Shown one piece after another: positions 63,478 through 64,000 of a DNA stretch of 64,000 bases; position 1 is the stretch's first letter; every line of letters starts with the position of its first letter. The notes under the pieces are model-generated. The model had not been told where the DNA came from, did no database searches, and saw nothing but the letters and a program-made list of their open reading frames with translations. A program made the translations under genes and the position numbers. The stretch comes from the human T2T-CHM13v2.0 reference genome, Homo sapiens. The DNA is taken from assembly GCF_009914755.1 (NCBI RefSeq), contig NC_060941.1; one strand, written 5' to 3'.

Positions 63478-64000
63478 ATTTAAACTAATAGACTTTTCTT
63501 TTCATTTTTAGCCATTTTAGATTTACAGGAAAAAAAGGAGTGAAAAGGGCGGAGAGTTCCCCTATGTCCCCCTTTTCCCCCTTTCAATTTTCCCTAATAT
63601 TAACATCTGGTGTTAGTATGGCACATTTGTTACAATCAATAAAGCAATATCAATACATTAATATTATCAACTAAAGTTTATAGTTTACCTTAGGGTTCAC
63701 TCTGTGTTATATTTTCTATGAGTCTTAAATGTATAAGGACATATCCATCATTACAGTAACCTACAGAATAAGAGTTTCAATGTCTTAAAAATTCTCTGTG
63801 CTGTATTTCTTCTTTCCTCTCTTCTACCTCAAACCCCAAGCAACCACTGATCTTCTTACTGTCTCCATAATTTTACTTTTTCTAGAATGTCATATACTTG
63901 GTATCAGGTTGGTGACTTTGTAAGGTTCACTTCTTTCACTTAGCAATATGGATTTATTTCCTCTATGTCTTTTCATAGCTTGATTAATTATGTCTTTTTA
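63478..64000 (-). mobile_element. L1MA/MB-type 3' end, running off the window
   Basis: GGCACATTTGTTACAATCAAT, TTAGGGTTCACTCT, GCAACCACTGATCTT. Confidence 0.85.

Overview
Primate (almost certainly human) gene-poor DNA, dense in Alu, L1, L2/MIR, MaLR/ERVL LTRs and hAT/Tigger DNA-transposon relics. I see no intact protein-coding gene, tRNA, rRNA or CRISPR array. The one genic feature is a three-exon, unprocessed CDRT15-family pseudogene on the + strand (ATG 44320, stop 45297, AATAAA 45455). Spliced, it gives a 188-codon frame broken only by TGA at codon 24. From memory this best fits CDRT15P1 at 17p12 near COX10; that is unverified and another paralogue is possible. The pseudogene is preceded by a degenerate ~19-bp minisatellite and an ETS/CRE-like motif, and sits in a ~10-kb block bounded by abrupt repeat junctions that lack target-site duplications (TSDs). 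The most unusual structures are (i) a ~170-bp local templated copy with a 14-bp fold-back inserted into an AluJ linker (61485-61655), (ii) an AluJ whose TSD encloses 42 bp of extra unique sequence plus a second A-rich tail, a candidate Alu 3' transduction (14856-15289), and (iii) an in-frame GC-AG exitron-like intron in the pseudogene. I found no convincing new multi-gene system. Repeat subfamily names come from recalled consensus sequences and their boundaries are approximate.
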